Assembly (NCBI GenBank): GCA_050013255.1
Contig: JBEKFP010000002.1
Location: 672,001 to 736,000, forward strand
Length of the DNA stretch: 64,000 nucleotides
Source of the DNA: Candidatus Bathyarchaeia archaeon
GTDB lineage: Archaea > Thermoproteota > Bathyarchaeia > 40CM-2-53-6
Direction of reading: 5' to 3'
Made by a program: the position numbers and the translations under genes. The stretch's first letter is position 1. Each line of letters opens with the position of its first letter. This document shows positions 39,857-49,000 of the stretch, one piece after another. The notes under the pieces are model-generated. The model did not search any database and was not told where the DNA came from. It worked only from the letters and a program-made list of their open reading frames with translations.

Positions 39857-40003
39857 TTAGTAGTGCAGCCCGCAATTTGTGCAGTAGAACCGGTTATAGT
39901 ACGGAATCTCCGTTAACTCACGACCGCATTCTTCACACACGTAAACGTAAACACCAGTCTCTGCCACAAACTCAACCTCAACCGGTTCTTCGACTTCTAT
40001 CAA
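39857..40003 (-). CDS. Zinc-ribbon microprotein (48 aa, not in ORF track)
   Basis: MIEVEEPVEVEFVAETGVYVYVCEECGRELTEIPYYNRFYCTNCGLHY*. Confidence 0.75.
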   Translation of the reverse strand: MIEVEEPVEVEFVAETGVYVYVCEECGRELTEIPYYNRFYCTNCGLHY

Positions 40004-40227
40004 TGGAGAACACGTCAACTATATTCCTTGTGTTCTTTGCTCAAAAGCCTTTCGAGGGAATAGACTAAATCCTGCTTATTCTCAGATGTAACCCCACACC
40101 TGTTGCGGACCGTTTTATGTTAGCTTCTTTGTGAATATGGCCTGCAATGAAACTTTGAATCTGGAATCTAGAAATCTTCTTTACTCAAGCTGTGCGCAAT
40201 AGCGGCTCGTGCTAGCTTAGCTTTCTT

Positions 40228-40329
40228 GGGGGCGTAGTCTAGCATGGTTATGATACGCGGCTTGGGCCCGCGTGAGTTGCCTAAACCGCAACCGCGAAGC
40301 CCTGGGTTCAAATCCCAGCGCCCCCACCA
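40228..40329 (+). tRNA. tRNA-Pro(TGG) with intron at 45/46 (40275-40298)
   Basis: GGGGGCG/CGCCCCC+ACCA; CGCGG-CTTGGGC-CCGCG; BHB-type CGCG/CGCG helix with TGa and aaG bulges; CTGGG-TTCAAAT-CCCAG. Confidence 0.93.
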
Positions 40330-40448
40330 CGCTACCTGCAATCATATTGTAGGCAAGAAGAACCAAGATGAGTGCAACAGCTAGTTGAGCTGAGGAGCTC
40401 GGAATTTCTGAAAAGAAGCTTGCCGCCCGTTCCGCCACTGCAAGTGGG

Positions 40449-40634
40449 TTAGGAAGTTGCACGAGTACCTCCCCCGTAGTTTGGAATGCTATCTCGGTGC
40501 GCTTTGACATAATGCTGCTTGAGTTTAGGCTTGGTGTTGAAATGGCATTCACAGATAACGCAGGCGTAGAGTCCGATGAGCGGTCGACCATTTTTCGGCT
40601 CATTCCCCTGATAGTCTAGGTATGTTTGACCCAT
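40449..40634 (-). CDS. Small C2H2 zinc-finger protein
   Basis: YACVICECHFNTKPKLKQHYVKAH. Confidence 0.75.
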   Translation of the reverse strand: MGQTYLDYQGNEPKNGRPLIGLYACVICECHFNTKPKLKQHYVKAHRDSIPNYGGGTRATS

Positions 40635-40655
40635 CGTTTGTCCGCAGCGAACTTG

Positions 40656-40672
40656 AACTACGCGTTATAGTT
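40656..40672. promoter_or_regulatory. Palindromic operator AACTA-N7-TAGTT, copy 1
   Basis: AACTAcgcgttaTAGTT just downstream of a minus-strand TTATAA box, upstream of the C2H2 gene. Confidence 0.6.
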
Positions 40673-40763
40673 AGCTTATAACTAAGATGGATGAATCATC
40701 CTCAATCGCTTTAACCTGCGAGGCCGCGCGTGCGGGAAGGCGGAGGGAGGTGAGTGGAGGAAA

Positions 40764-40910
40764 ATGGCACATATCCCAATGGGCTTTGGAATCTTCGCGC
40801 TTATTCGAGGTATAGTTGGAGTCGCGATAGCGGTAGCGTTCATTTGGTTAATTTACAAGCTTGGCAAACTAGCCGACGCGTATACAAGAAAGATCAAGGG
40901 GAAGAGCTAG
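40764..40910 (+). CDS. 48-aa single-TM microprotein (not in ORF track)
   Basis: MAHIPMGFGIFALIRGIVGVAIAVAFIWLIYKLGKLADAYTRKIKGKS*; GGAGGTGA/GGAGG SD upstream. Confidence 0.7.
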   Translation: MAHIPMGFGIFALIRGIVGVAIAVAFIWLIYKLGKLADAYTRKIKGKS

Positions 40911-40988
40911 GCACCGATCCCTACCCCATTCCGTCGAGCTGAGCGTTCCTCGCTGCTAACACAGCGCAAGGTGTAAATGTGCAAAGTG

Positions 40989-41005
40989 AACTATGCCATG
41001 TAGTT
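40989..41005. promoter_or_regulatory. Palindromic operator AACTA-N7-TAGTT, copy 2
   Basis: AACTAtgccatgTAGTT at the start of the ABC ATPase gene; 16/17 identical to copy 3. Confidence 0.7.
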
Positions 41006-41738
41006 GATGCCTGTGGCAACACGATCCGCCCCTGCAGTGCAAACGGTAGATGTAACCAAGGTCTACCGCATAGGCCACACTGGATACCCCGCGCTAAGGG
41101 GCATCAACATTAAGATCGAAAGGGGCGAATTTGTGGCGATTATGGGACCGTCCGGCAGCGGGAAATCGACACTCCTCAACTTGATCGGAGCCCTCGACCG
41201 ACCCACCTCAGGCAGAGTAATCATAGACGGAGTCGACTTGAAGAAGTTGGATGAAGACAGGCTTTCCCTCCTCCGAAATCGAAAGCTGGGTTTTGTATAC
41301 CAGTCCTTCAACTTGATTCAGAGGCTCACCTCGGTTGAGAACGTGGAGATGCCACTAATCTCCAGAGGAATCCCCGAAGGGATTCGAAAGGCTAGATCAC
41401 TGAAGATGCTCAGTGCAGTTGGGTTGCATGGTAAGGGGAGCAAGCGGCCGGCCGAACTCAGTGGAGGAGAACAGCAACGCGTCGCAATTGCCAGAGCGCT
41501 AGTAACAGAACCAGCACTAATTATCGCCGATGAACCCACAGGTAACTTGGACTCGAAGACCACTCGTGAAGTGGTCGACCAGTTCGTCCAAGTGAACAAA
41601 GGATTCGGAACCACGATTCTGATCGTCACCCATAACTCGGAAATCGCTACAATGACTCAACGCGTAATCTCCCTGAAGGACGGGTTGGTAGACAAGGAGG
41701 AATACATCCAACGTTTGGACTCATATTCAGCAACGTGA
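41004..41738 (+). CDS. ABC transporter ATP-binding protein (MacB/LolD type)
   Basis: GPSGSGKST, LSGGEQQRVAIARAL, ADEPTGNLD. Confidence 0.95.
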   Translation: MMPVATRSAPAVQTVDVTKVYRIGHTGYPALRGINIKIERGEFVAIMGPSGSGKSTLLNLIGALDRPTSGRVIIDGVDLKKLDEDRLSLLRNRKLGFVYQSFNLIQRLTSVENVEMPLISRGIPEGIRKARSLKMLSAVGLHGKGSKRPAELSGGEQQRVAIARALVTEPALIIADEPTGNLDSKTTREVVDQFVQVNKGFGTTILIVTHNSEIATMTQRVISLKDGLVDKEEYIQRLDSYSAT

Positions 41739-41812
41739 GCGATATGCAAATATTTCCCTGGTTTATGCATTCGTCAGTGACAGCGATCAATTTTAGCCTG
41801 GAGATGTAAGCA

Positions 41813-43060
41813 ATGCAATTAGCAGATATGTTCAAACTAGCTTACAAGGCACTGATTGATAGAAAGGTCCGCAGCGTATTGACTATCCTCGGGATAGCGG
41901 TAGGTTCAGCTATCATCCTTTCCCTAATAGCAAGCTCAGCGGGCCTTAACGCCGGTATAGCCGGAAACATTGCTAAAACAGGAGCGAACATTCTCACAAT
42001 ACGAAATGCGGGAGGATTCTTCGCCAGCGGTTCAACGAACACTTACCAGCTAAGCCAACAGGACATAACCTACCTCAAATCAATACCTGGCGTGACTGCG
42101 GCTTATCCGTACTACAGCTATGGTGCAAACATCAACAATGGAGGAGAATCGATTCAAGCCAGCGTGGTCGCCATAGACCTGGTGGCTCTGCCCGCCTTAT
42201 ACCAAGGGTTGACCGTCGCTGAAGGCTCCATACCGCTCTTGGGCGACACGACATCGGCCGCCATAGGATGGGGAATAGCTAATCCGACGTCTGGAACGCC
42301 AATCGGGCTTCACCAAATGGTTTCCATGTCTATATCAGGGATCAAAGGAAGCAAAGGAGCCGTGTCTTACGCTGTTCTCGCCAGTGGAATTCTGGCTCAG
42401 TATGGTACGGCATTATTCGCCAATATTGATGAAACCATCTACATGTCGTTCCAGGCAGGAAGCATTCTCTCTAAATCCCCGTACTTCACGGGCATCTATG
42501 TCATAATCGATAACACTGATGATGTTGCGACCGTTCAGAACACAATAACGACTTACTATTCCAATAATGTTCGAGTGATAAGCCCGGGACAAATCCTGTC
42601 AAGCATCCAAGGGATCACGGCCAGTCTAACAGTCTTTTTGGGCAGCATAGGCGCGGTATCGTTGTTTGTAGCAACTGTTGGAATAGTCAACACGATGTAC
42701 GTATCAGTAATGGAGCGTACAAGAGAAATTGGAATACTGAAAGCCATTGGTTACAGGCCGAAGCAAATAATGGGCATGTTCCTAGCAGAGGCTGCACTCA
42801 CGGGAGTAATCGGAGGCGTCTGCGGACTCGCACTGGGTTATGCGCTATCCTTCCTGATGGGAGGAATGCTCGCTGGATCCACTTTTGCCGGGAGATTTGG
42901 AGGAGGGGGAGGAGGGGGCGCAACCATAGTTCCCGTCTTCTCGACTGAGCTCATCGTCTTCTCGCTAACATTTCCAGTCCTACTAGCCACAGTAGCAGGA
43001 CTCTACCCAGCATGGAGAGCCTCTAGAATGAACGCAGTTGTCGCCTTGAAGTATGAATAA
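41813..43060 (+). CDS. ABC transporter permease (MacB/FtsX type)
   Basis: RSVLTILGI, ERTREIGILKAIG, YPAWRASRM..V.ALKYE. Confidence 0.95.
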   Translation: MQLADMFKLAYKALIDRKVRSVLTILGIAVGSAIILSLIASSAGLNAGIAGNIAKTGANILTIRNAGGFFASGSTNTYQLSQQDITYLKSIPGVTAAYPYYSYGANINNGGESIQASVVAIDLVALPALYQGLTVAEGSIPLLGDTTSAAIGWGIANPTSGTPIGLHQMVSMSISGIKGSKGAVSYAVLASGILAQYGTALFANIDETIYMSFQAGSILSKSPYFTGIYVIIDNTDDVATVQNTITTYYSNNVRVISPGQILSSIQGITASLTVFLGSIGAVSLFVATVGIVNTMYVSVMERTREIGILKAIGYRPKQIMGMFLAEAALTGVIGGVCGLALGYALSFLMGGMLAGSTFAGRFGGGGGGGATIVPVFSTELIVFSLTFPVLLATVAGLYPAWRASRMNAVVALKYE

Positions 43061-43163
43061 GTGTCGCGCACAAATTTACCGTTACCTACTCACCTACTAC
43101 CCACCTTTGCTCACACAGAACTCACAGTGTGCCGTTAAGGTTCAGTCGTAGAGTGGCGGTCCC

Positions 43164-44129
43164 TTAATCGTAGGAGAAGTGCACCGAAACGTAAACGGAC
43201 ATAACGAGATTTCTAGCATAGATGAATGAGGATTGCCGAAAGTTGAAGGCACTTGTGGAGCCGAAGAATGCGCCCTCAAGGTACCTTAGAATCTCGAAGA
43301 GAACTGCGATTATTCCGGTTGGCCCTCCTCCGCGTCTCTGGTTCGGGTTCACGGTGCTTCTGCTCAGTTGGATATTTGCAGAGCCTTCGGCTACGTAAGG
43401 TGAACCGGGTCTACCGTTGTCTATCGCAGATGCTCTCACCAGCAGGGAATAGTTTCCTACAGGAATATTGCCTTTGAATACAACCAACATGCTGAATGGC
43501 CTGGGAATGTTTGGGTCAATTTCGCCGATGAATGTGCTCGATAAAGAGCTCGGCACCACAATATTCGAGAGTACGGAAACGTTAGCATTATAGGCAGCTA
43601 AGTTTCCGTTGTTGAGCAAGTTTCCTGAGATTGTTGCGTTGCCACCTGGGGATGTGGTTGAAGGTGTCACCTGCATCCCATATAGGATGAGGTTAATGTA
43701 AGCAAAAACAGAAAAACTCACATCGTGAACTTCTTGCGTGTAGGATATGTCTCCTAGCGCTTTGTATGTCACAGTTATTGAGCCCTGATACGTAACCCCA
43801 ATGGCTGCGGCTGGGGCATATACTTGAAAGCTTATCGTAGCAGATTGGCCAAGCTGCATCGAGTCATAATGCCAATGGTTATCACCGTACATTGTCAAAC
43901 CAGCTGGAATGCTCACCGCAAGATCGACGTCGTAGATTGCGGGGTAGTTGTAGTAGTTGTTCGTTACCGTAATGGTGACGTTGTTGTTGAAGCCTGCTGT
44001 CATGGCTTGTCCCGTCAGCGTGACAGTCAAGTGTGGGATAGTTTGAGCTTGGACTGATCCGGTCGGAATAGACACTAGACATACTACTAGGATAACAAGA
44101 AACAAAGGCCGAAATTGGGACGCTTTCAC
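43164..44129 (-). CDS. Secreted Ig-like (COG1361/CARDB, S-layer-type) protein
   Basis: Signal peptide; beta-rich; LLNNGNLAAYN, FIGEIDP. Confidence 0.7.
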   Translation of the reverse strand: MKASQFRPLFLVILVVCLVSIPTGSVQAQTIPHLTVTLTGQAMTAGFNNNVTITVTNNYYNYPAIYDVDLAVSIPAGLTMYGDNHWHYDSMQLGQSATISFQVYAPAAAIGVTYQGSITVTYKALGDISYTQEVHDVSFSVFAYINLILYGMQVTPSTTSPGGNATISGNLLNNGNLAAYNANVSVLSNIVVPSSLSSTFIGEIDPNIPRPFSMLVVFKGNIPVGNYSLLVRASAIDNGRPGSPYVAEGSANIQLSRSTVNPNQRRGGGPTGIIAVLFEILRYLEGAFFGSTSAFNFRQSSFIYARNLVMSVYVSVHFSYD

Positions 44130-45064
44130 TTTTGCTTCATTTCCCGGAGTGCTCTTAATCTGTCTTCTAACGCTGGATGTTTGTCGAAAATTCTACAGAC
44201 GCCTCTTGGGGCAGTCAGATTGCATAGGCATGAGGAGCCTGGAATCGCCGTGTCGACATTATTAGACTCCTTAAGCTGCGACAAGGCGGAGATCAGCGCC
44301 TCCGGTCCGCCCACCAGCCTAGCGGCTGTAATATCTGCCATGAATTCGCGAGCCCTGTAAACCGCAGGTTCAAGAAGGTAGCTCAATGGCCTTGCGAATA
44401 AGGCAACCTTCGCCACAGTTGCAATGAACCGCACGGTAAAATCATTGTTCTTCAGGTGCGCAACCTCATGAGCAAGACAAGCTTCTACCTCTTTGTCGTC
44501 CAACGACTCTAGGAGGCCCACCGAGAGTGTGATAGTGTATTTTCGATTCGCTCGCGCTGTGAAAGCGGAAGGTACACCAGAATCAACCATACAAACATCT
44601 GGAACTCGGATGTGAGATGCGTGTGCTAGCCGAGTGATGGAATCTTTTATTTCAGCAGGAGGTTCGAGAAATGTAAGCTGGGGAAAAGCTTTCGCGAGGC
44701 TCATTCGCGACTTCCCGAATTCAATGAAAAAGGCGGCGCATCCAGCGGCTAACGCTCCAAGGAAGATTTCGCCGATGCTCAAATAATGAAATAGGTCAAA
44801 GATACCTCTTGAGTTCTCCACAAGGTGGCTCGGTTCGCCCCCGAACATAAAATGAACAGCAACTCCGACGACAAAAACACTTTCAGCTAGCATTAGACCG
44901 AACATTCCGAGCAAGGCAGCAGTTCTCTTACCATGCGACCGTCGCAAAAACAAGACGAGAGTTATTCCTAACGCTGTCAGGCCTATCGTAGGAAGTGCAA
45001 GTCTAGATGGCCCGACAATCAGCAAGCTAATGAATATGAGGTATCGCGGAAAAAACGGGATCAT
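44126..45064 (-). CDS. Membrane zinc metalloprotease, M48/M56 (BlaR1-like, no sensor domain)
   Basis: N-terminal TMs; LAHEVAHL, REFMAD, HP..EDR; coupled to blaI-like gene. Confidence 0.88.
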   Translation of the reverse strand: MIPFFPRYLIFISLLIVGPSRLALPTIGLTALGITLVLFLRRSHGKRTAALLGMFGLMLAESVFVVGVAVHFMFGGEPSHLVENSRGIFDLFHYLSIGEIFLGALAAGCAAFFIEFGKSRMSLAKAFPQLTFLEPPAEIKDSITRLAHASHIRVPDVCMVDSGVPSAFTARANRKYTITLSVGLLESLDDKEVEACLAHEVAHLKNNDFTVRFIATVAKVALFARPLSYLLEPAVYRAREFMADITAARLVGGPEALISALSQLKESNNVDTAIPGSSCLCNLTAPRGVCRIFDKHPALEDRLRALREMKQK

Positions 45065-45492
45065 TTCATTTCCTTCTTGCGCAGCCGATTCAAGTATTTT
45101 GACACAACATGGAGATCGTTGCCCTCAGGGGCACCCATCTTTTCGGCCAGGTATGCTACGGTCACGTCATTAAAGCTTTGAAGTAACCCTTCCATTACGT
45201 TTTTTACTACAACTTGCTTGAATTCTTCCTCTGAAATTTTGGCCCTGTACAAATAGTGTGGGCTGCCGTCTCTTGCGAGCTGCCTCAAAACCAACCCTTT
45301 CCCATATAGGCGATCTAAGATTGTTGCCACCGTCGTTACCGCAACTGGCCGGGTTCTCGCAGTTCTTGATTGAGATTCTCTAACTGAAAGTGGTCTGCTT
45401 GATTCCCAAAGCTGCCTGAGCACAACTGACTCAAGATCGCCCAACGCAAATCTAAGATTAGGATGATTAGGGCGGACTGTGTGAAGCTTCAA
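45061..45492 (-). CDS. BlaI/MecI/CopY-family transcriptional repressor
   Basis: LGDLE..VL..LW, VAVTTVATILDRLYGKGLV, Y.Y.A. Confidence 0.92.
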   Translation of the reverse strand: MKLHTVRPNHPNLRFALGDLESVVLRQLWESSRPLSVRESQSRTARTRPVAVTTVATILDRLYGKGLVLRQLARDGSPHYLYRAKISEEEFKQVVVKNVMEGLLQSFNDVTVAYLAEKMGAPEGNDLHVVSKYLNRLRKKEMK

Positions 45493-45501
45493 CGTGTTCC
45501 C

Positions 45502-45522
45502 CTAACTATGCCACGTAGTTAG
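45502..45522. promoter_or_regulatory. Palindromic operator AACTA-N7-TAGTT, copy 3 (blaI promoter)
   Basis: CTAACTAtgccacgTAGTTAG between the TTTATATAA box (45525-45533, minus strand) and the blaI start. Confidence 0.75.
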
Positions 45523-45574
45523 CCTTATATAAACACGGTCGCCTTTGCCCCCGCGCTGTTGGAGTTCAGGCAAG

Positions 45575-45958
45575 ATGCCACAGTTACCCGTAATCATTCC
45601 GCTCATCATAATTGGGATTTCATTTGGTTCGTTGCTGAAATCAGAGAAACCGAAAATATCATTGAGAAGAGTCATGATCTGGGCTTTAGTTGCTGGCCTA
45701 CTCAATGCCGTCAACGCCTATGCCGTTTACCTCTTAACGCCTCAACCAACCTTTGGAGGCGCGACCTTCGCCCGTACGACTACGACTACGTTAATCCCTT
45801 TTACCGCGGCTTCATTCTTGGCGGGATTCATTATTGTCGCGGCGGTTTTCGCCATTGCACGTGTGGTTGGTCGAGGGCATCAAGGCGATGCTGAACTTGG
45901 TGAAGAGTCAGAATCCGAGTTAGGTAACGAGGAACCAACGAAACTCAAAACCGGCTAA
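45575..45958 (+). CDS. Hypothetical 3-TM protein with acidic tail
   Basis: Three hydrophobic helices; divergent from blaI. Confidence 0.7.
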   Translation: MPQLPVIIPLIIIGISFGSLLKSEKPKISLRRVMIWALVAGLLNAVNAYAVYLLTPQPTFGGATFARTTTTTLIPFTAASFLAGFIIVAAVFAIARVVGRGHQGDAELGEESESELGNEEPTKLKTG

Positions 45959-46046
45959 TCTTCATCTATTTCTATCGATGAGTTCATTATTGTTACGTTG
46001 TCTGGCTCCCTCAATGTTGCATCGTCGTTCTAGGCGGCGAGCGGCC

Positions 46047-49000
46047 ATGAGACTCACGCTCCTGGTACTGCTAGCCTTGCTCCTAGTCTCTGAAGCTCCC
46101 AATTCTGCCTTTTCGAACAATGTGAACAATGTGACGGTCTCGCCCGGCAAATACGACCTAACACTGGGCGCAGGATTCCCCGGCTTTGGCCCAGTCAAGT
46201 TAAGCTACCCGAACAGCAGCATATTGACCAACAGTGTCGGAGACCTGCTGTTCACTGTCACTTTGAATCCTCTCATGCTCAATTCATCCTCAGGTCAAGT
46301 GTGGTCTTTGGCCTTGCCAACCCCTGAGGTTCAAGTGTGGAGTTCCGGGTTCTCGCCGAGTGATACAAGCTGCACACTGTCAGGCACCCCGGTCGGCCAA
46401 CCTCCTGACTTCCCCGCTCCCACTTGCTCAATTTCAGGCGGCATTCTGACTGGCTCGTTTGATGTCGGTAATGCTCTCGCAGGAGCACACACTATCACTG
46501 GAATCGGTAGCCCTACAGACGATTTCTCATCATCCACATTCACTGTCCTTCCGCCGTCACTTGTTCTCAATCCGTCTTCAGGTCCGGTCAGCGCGGTCCA
46601 GTATGTAGGAGTCTCTGGGTTCGGGTTTTATTCGACTGATGCTACTTGCACTCTGACAGGTGAGCCCGTATCCGCGTACACCTGCGCTATTGTAGGCGGC
46701 ATCTTGACCGGCACATTTTCTGTTGCAGGTCCGACCGGCACCTACACGGTTACCGCGACGACCGATGGAGCCGATTCAGGTGAAGCTGTGGCTTCATTTA
46801 CGGTTACAACCGGTTCTCAACAAGTCTTCACTATTCTTCCCCACTCCGGCTCCGGCCACGTTGGTGACTTCGTCTCCGTGTCGGGTTCAGGATTCTTGCC
46901 CGCCGACTCGACATGCACTTTGAGTGGGAGAATTGTTACGGCAGTAACACCCTGCACCATTGCAGGCGGGATTCCAACTGTGTCGTTCACGGTGGGTAAT
47001 GTGGCGCCGGGTATCTACACCATTACTGTCATCGGAACCCAAAAAGGCGACTTGGCAACAGCGAACTTTCAGGTCTTGCCCCTCCTCGCTCCCACGGTAC
47101 CATACTCGGCGACAGTCTTACTCGATATCTACGTCCCTCCAGATTTCGCGGGACTGACGTTGAGCAACGTTTGGACCAGCTTTACGAATAATTACGACTC
47201 GCACTTCATCTCGGTGTCTAGGCTGTCGGGTTCGGATCAGATTGGGCCCAACTGGTGGAAAATTACGATTAGCAATATCACCGTAACACATAGCCCTAGA
47301 TCCTATCTGCCACCACTGGTTGAACGCGAAATCTTCATTGTAAACCAAACCCAATACGTCAGGCTCTTTCAGGTTACGTCTCCTTCCATTGCCGGACGCT
47401 ACTTTTTCAAAGTTTTCATGAATGGGCTTTCGATAGGAGAGGGAAATTTCCCAACGATAGTAGTGAAAGGCAGTAGGGACCCCGCCTATATTTCCGGAGT
47501 TCTCAGGGACTCCGGCCAACACAATGCATCATTGATTGGGCAACCAATACAACTGCTAAACGATACCGGAGCCCAAGTCGTAGCGAACGGCATAGACTAT
47601 CTCGGGAGGCGGGTTTCAGCTCAAACGTTCATCAACGCCACCGCCAATGGCAGTTACACGCTATTCGGGGTCGCTCCAGGCACATACAACATCACTGCCA
47701 TCGCTGCAGGATACATTCCAACTACCCTACTTCGAACAGTAAGTGTAGGTCCTGCTCAATCTCTGGAAGGAGTCGACATTTACATGACCCAAAGCGTCAG
47801 GATAACAGGAACCGTGCTGTCCAAGTCCGCTGAAATATCACCCATACCCTGGGGAACGCTCTTTGGTGTCAGCAGTTTCGGAGGCTCACGTGAAACGAAC
47901 CGGTCGATTTCGGTGAAGGTTCTTAATCTGGACGGATCTGTTGCAGCCTCGATTCCTGCACCTTTCGGTTTCGGATTGCAAACAGACAGCCATTCGACGA
48001 CTTTCCCTTTTGAGATTTTCTACCAAGTCGGATTCGACGGGCGAATTCCTCAGGATTATGCTAACTACACATCCGGCCTTACCTCTGGCGACTATTTGCT
48101 GTATGCCTACGTGACATCGTACGTCCAGCTTGACGAGGTCAGAGTGCATGTAGACAACGAAACTACCCAAACCTTTTCCATGATTCCACTCATAAGAACG
48201 GGGGCGTTCATCGTTACAGTACACTTCAGAAATGAAAATGGTACCTTGGGGCCGGATAGTATTCCCGTCGATGCAACGCTAACCGTTTCGGCATATGACG
48301 CTAGGGGCACGTTGAGAGCGCAAAACGTAACCTTCGTTACAGCCGGCGCGACGGAAGCCACGGTCGAGCTCCAGGGATTCAGTAACGCCAGAAGCTTTGG
48401 AGTCGCATCACTCTTCTCACAGAACTATGGGCTCTTACCGGGAACCTATCAAATCGTAGCTCGCGTCTCTTCTGCCCCAACTGTAGCTGGAAATGCCAAT
48501 TTCGGCATCAAACAGTTCTACTACCAGACCGCTAACTTTGAAGCAACTATTGGCCTAGGAGAAGGTTTCGTTAGCATTAGCTTCCCCGTATACATAGCCG
48601 GTGGGATACTCCTTAAGATATACTCCATTGACGACCAGTCGCCATCAGTAGATACACCATGGAACTATCCGGGCAAAACGATTAACGTCATGATAATAGA
48701 GTCAAACGGCGCGGTCTACCAAGCAAACACTACGCAACCTGCAGGCTCAACGGTTGCAGCCTTCATTTACACCGGACTGCTTACAGACAGTTACTCTATT
48801 TTCGTACAGACACTTGGGTACACCCAAAGTGAAATAATTCATCTAAACGTGGTGTTGGGCGGAACTAGCGATGTGGCCGTGTGGATGATTGCAAATCCCG
48901 TAATTGATCTTGACTTAGCTTTCAGGCATGAAGCAATTCTTTCAAACATCACCTCCACTTTGCCTTTCGCGCAACCAATCAATCACATAGACGCCACTCC

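Noticed and set aside
40217-40603. 128-aa minus-strand ORF
   Set aside because: Overlaps tRNA-Pro and the C2H2 gene; no motifs
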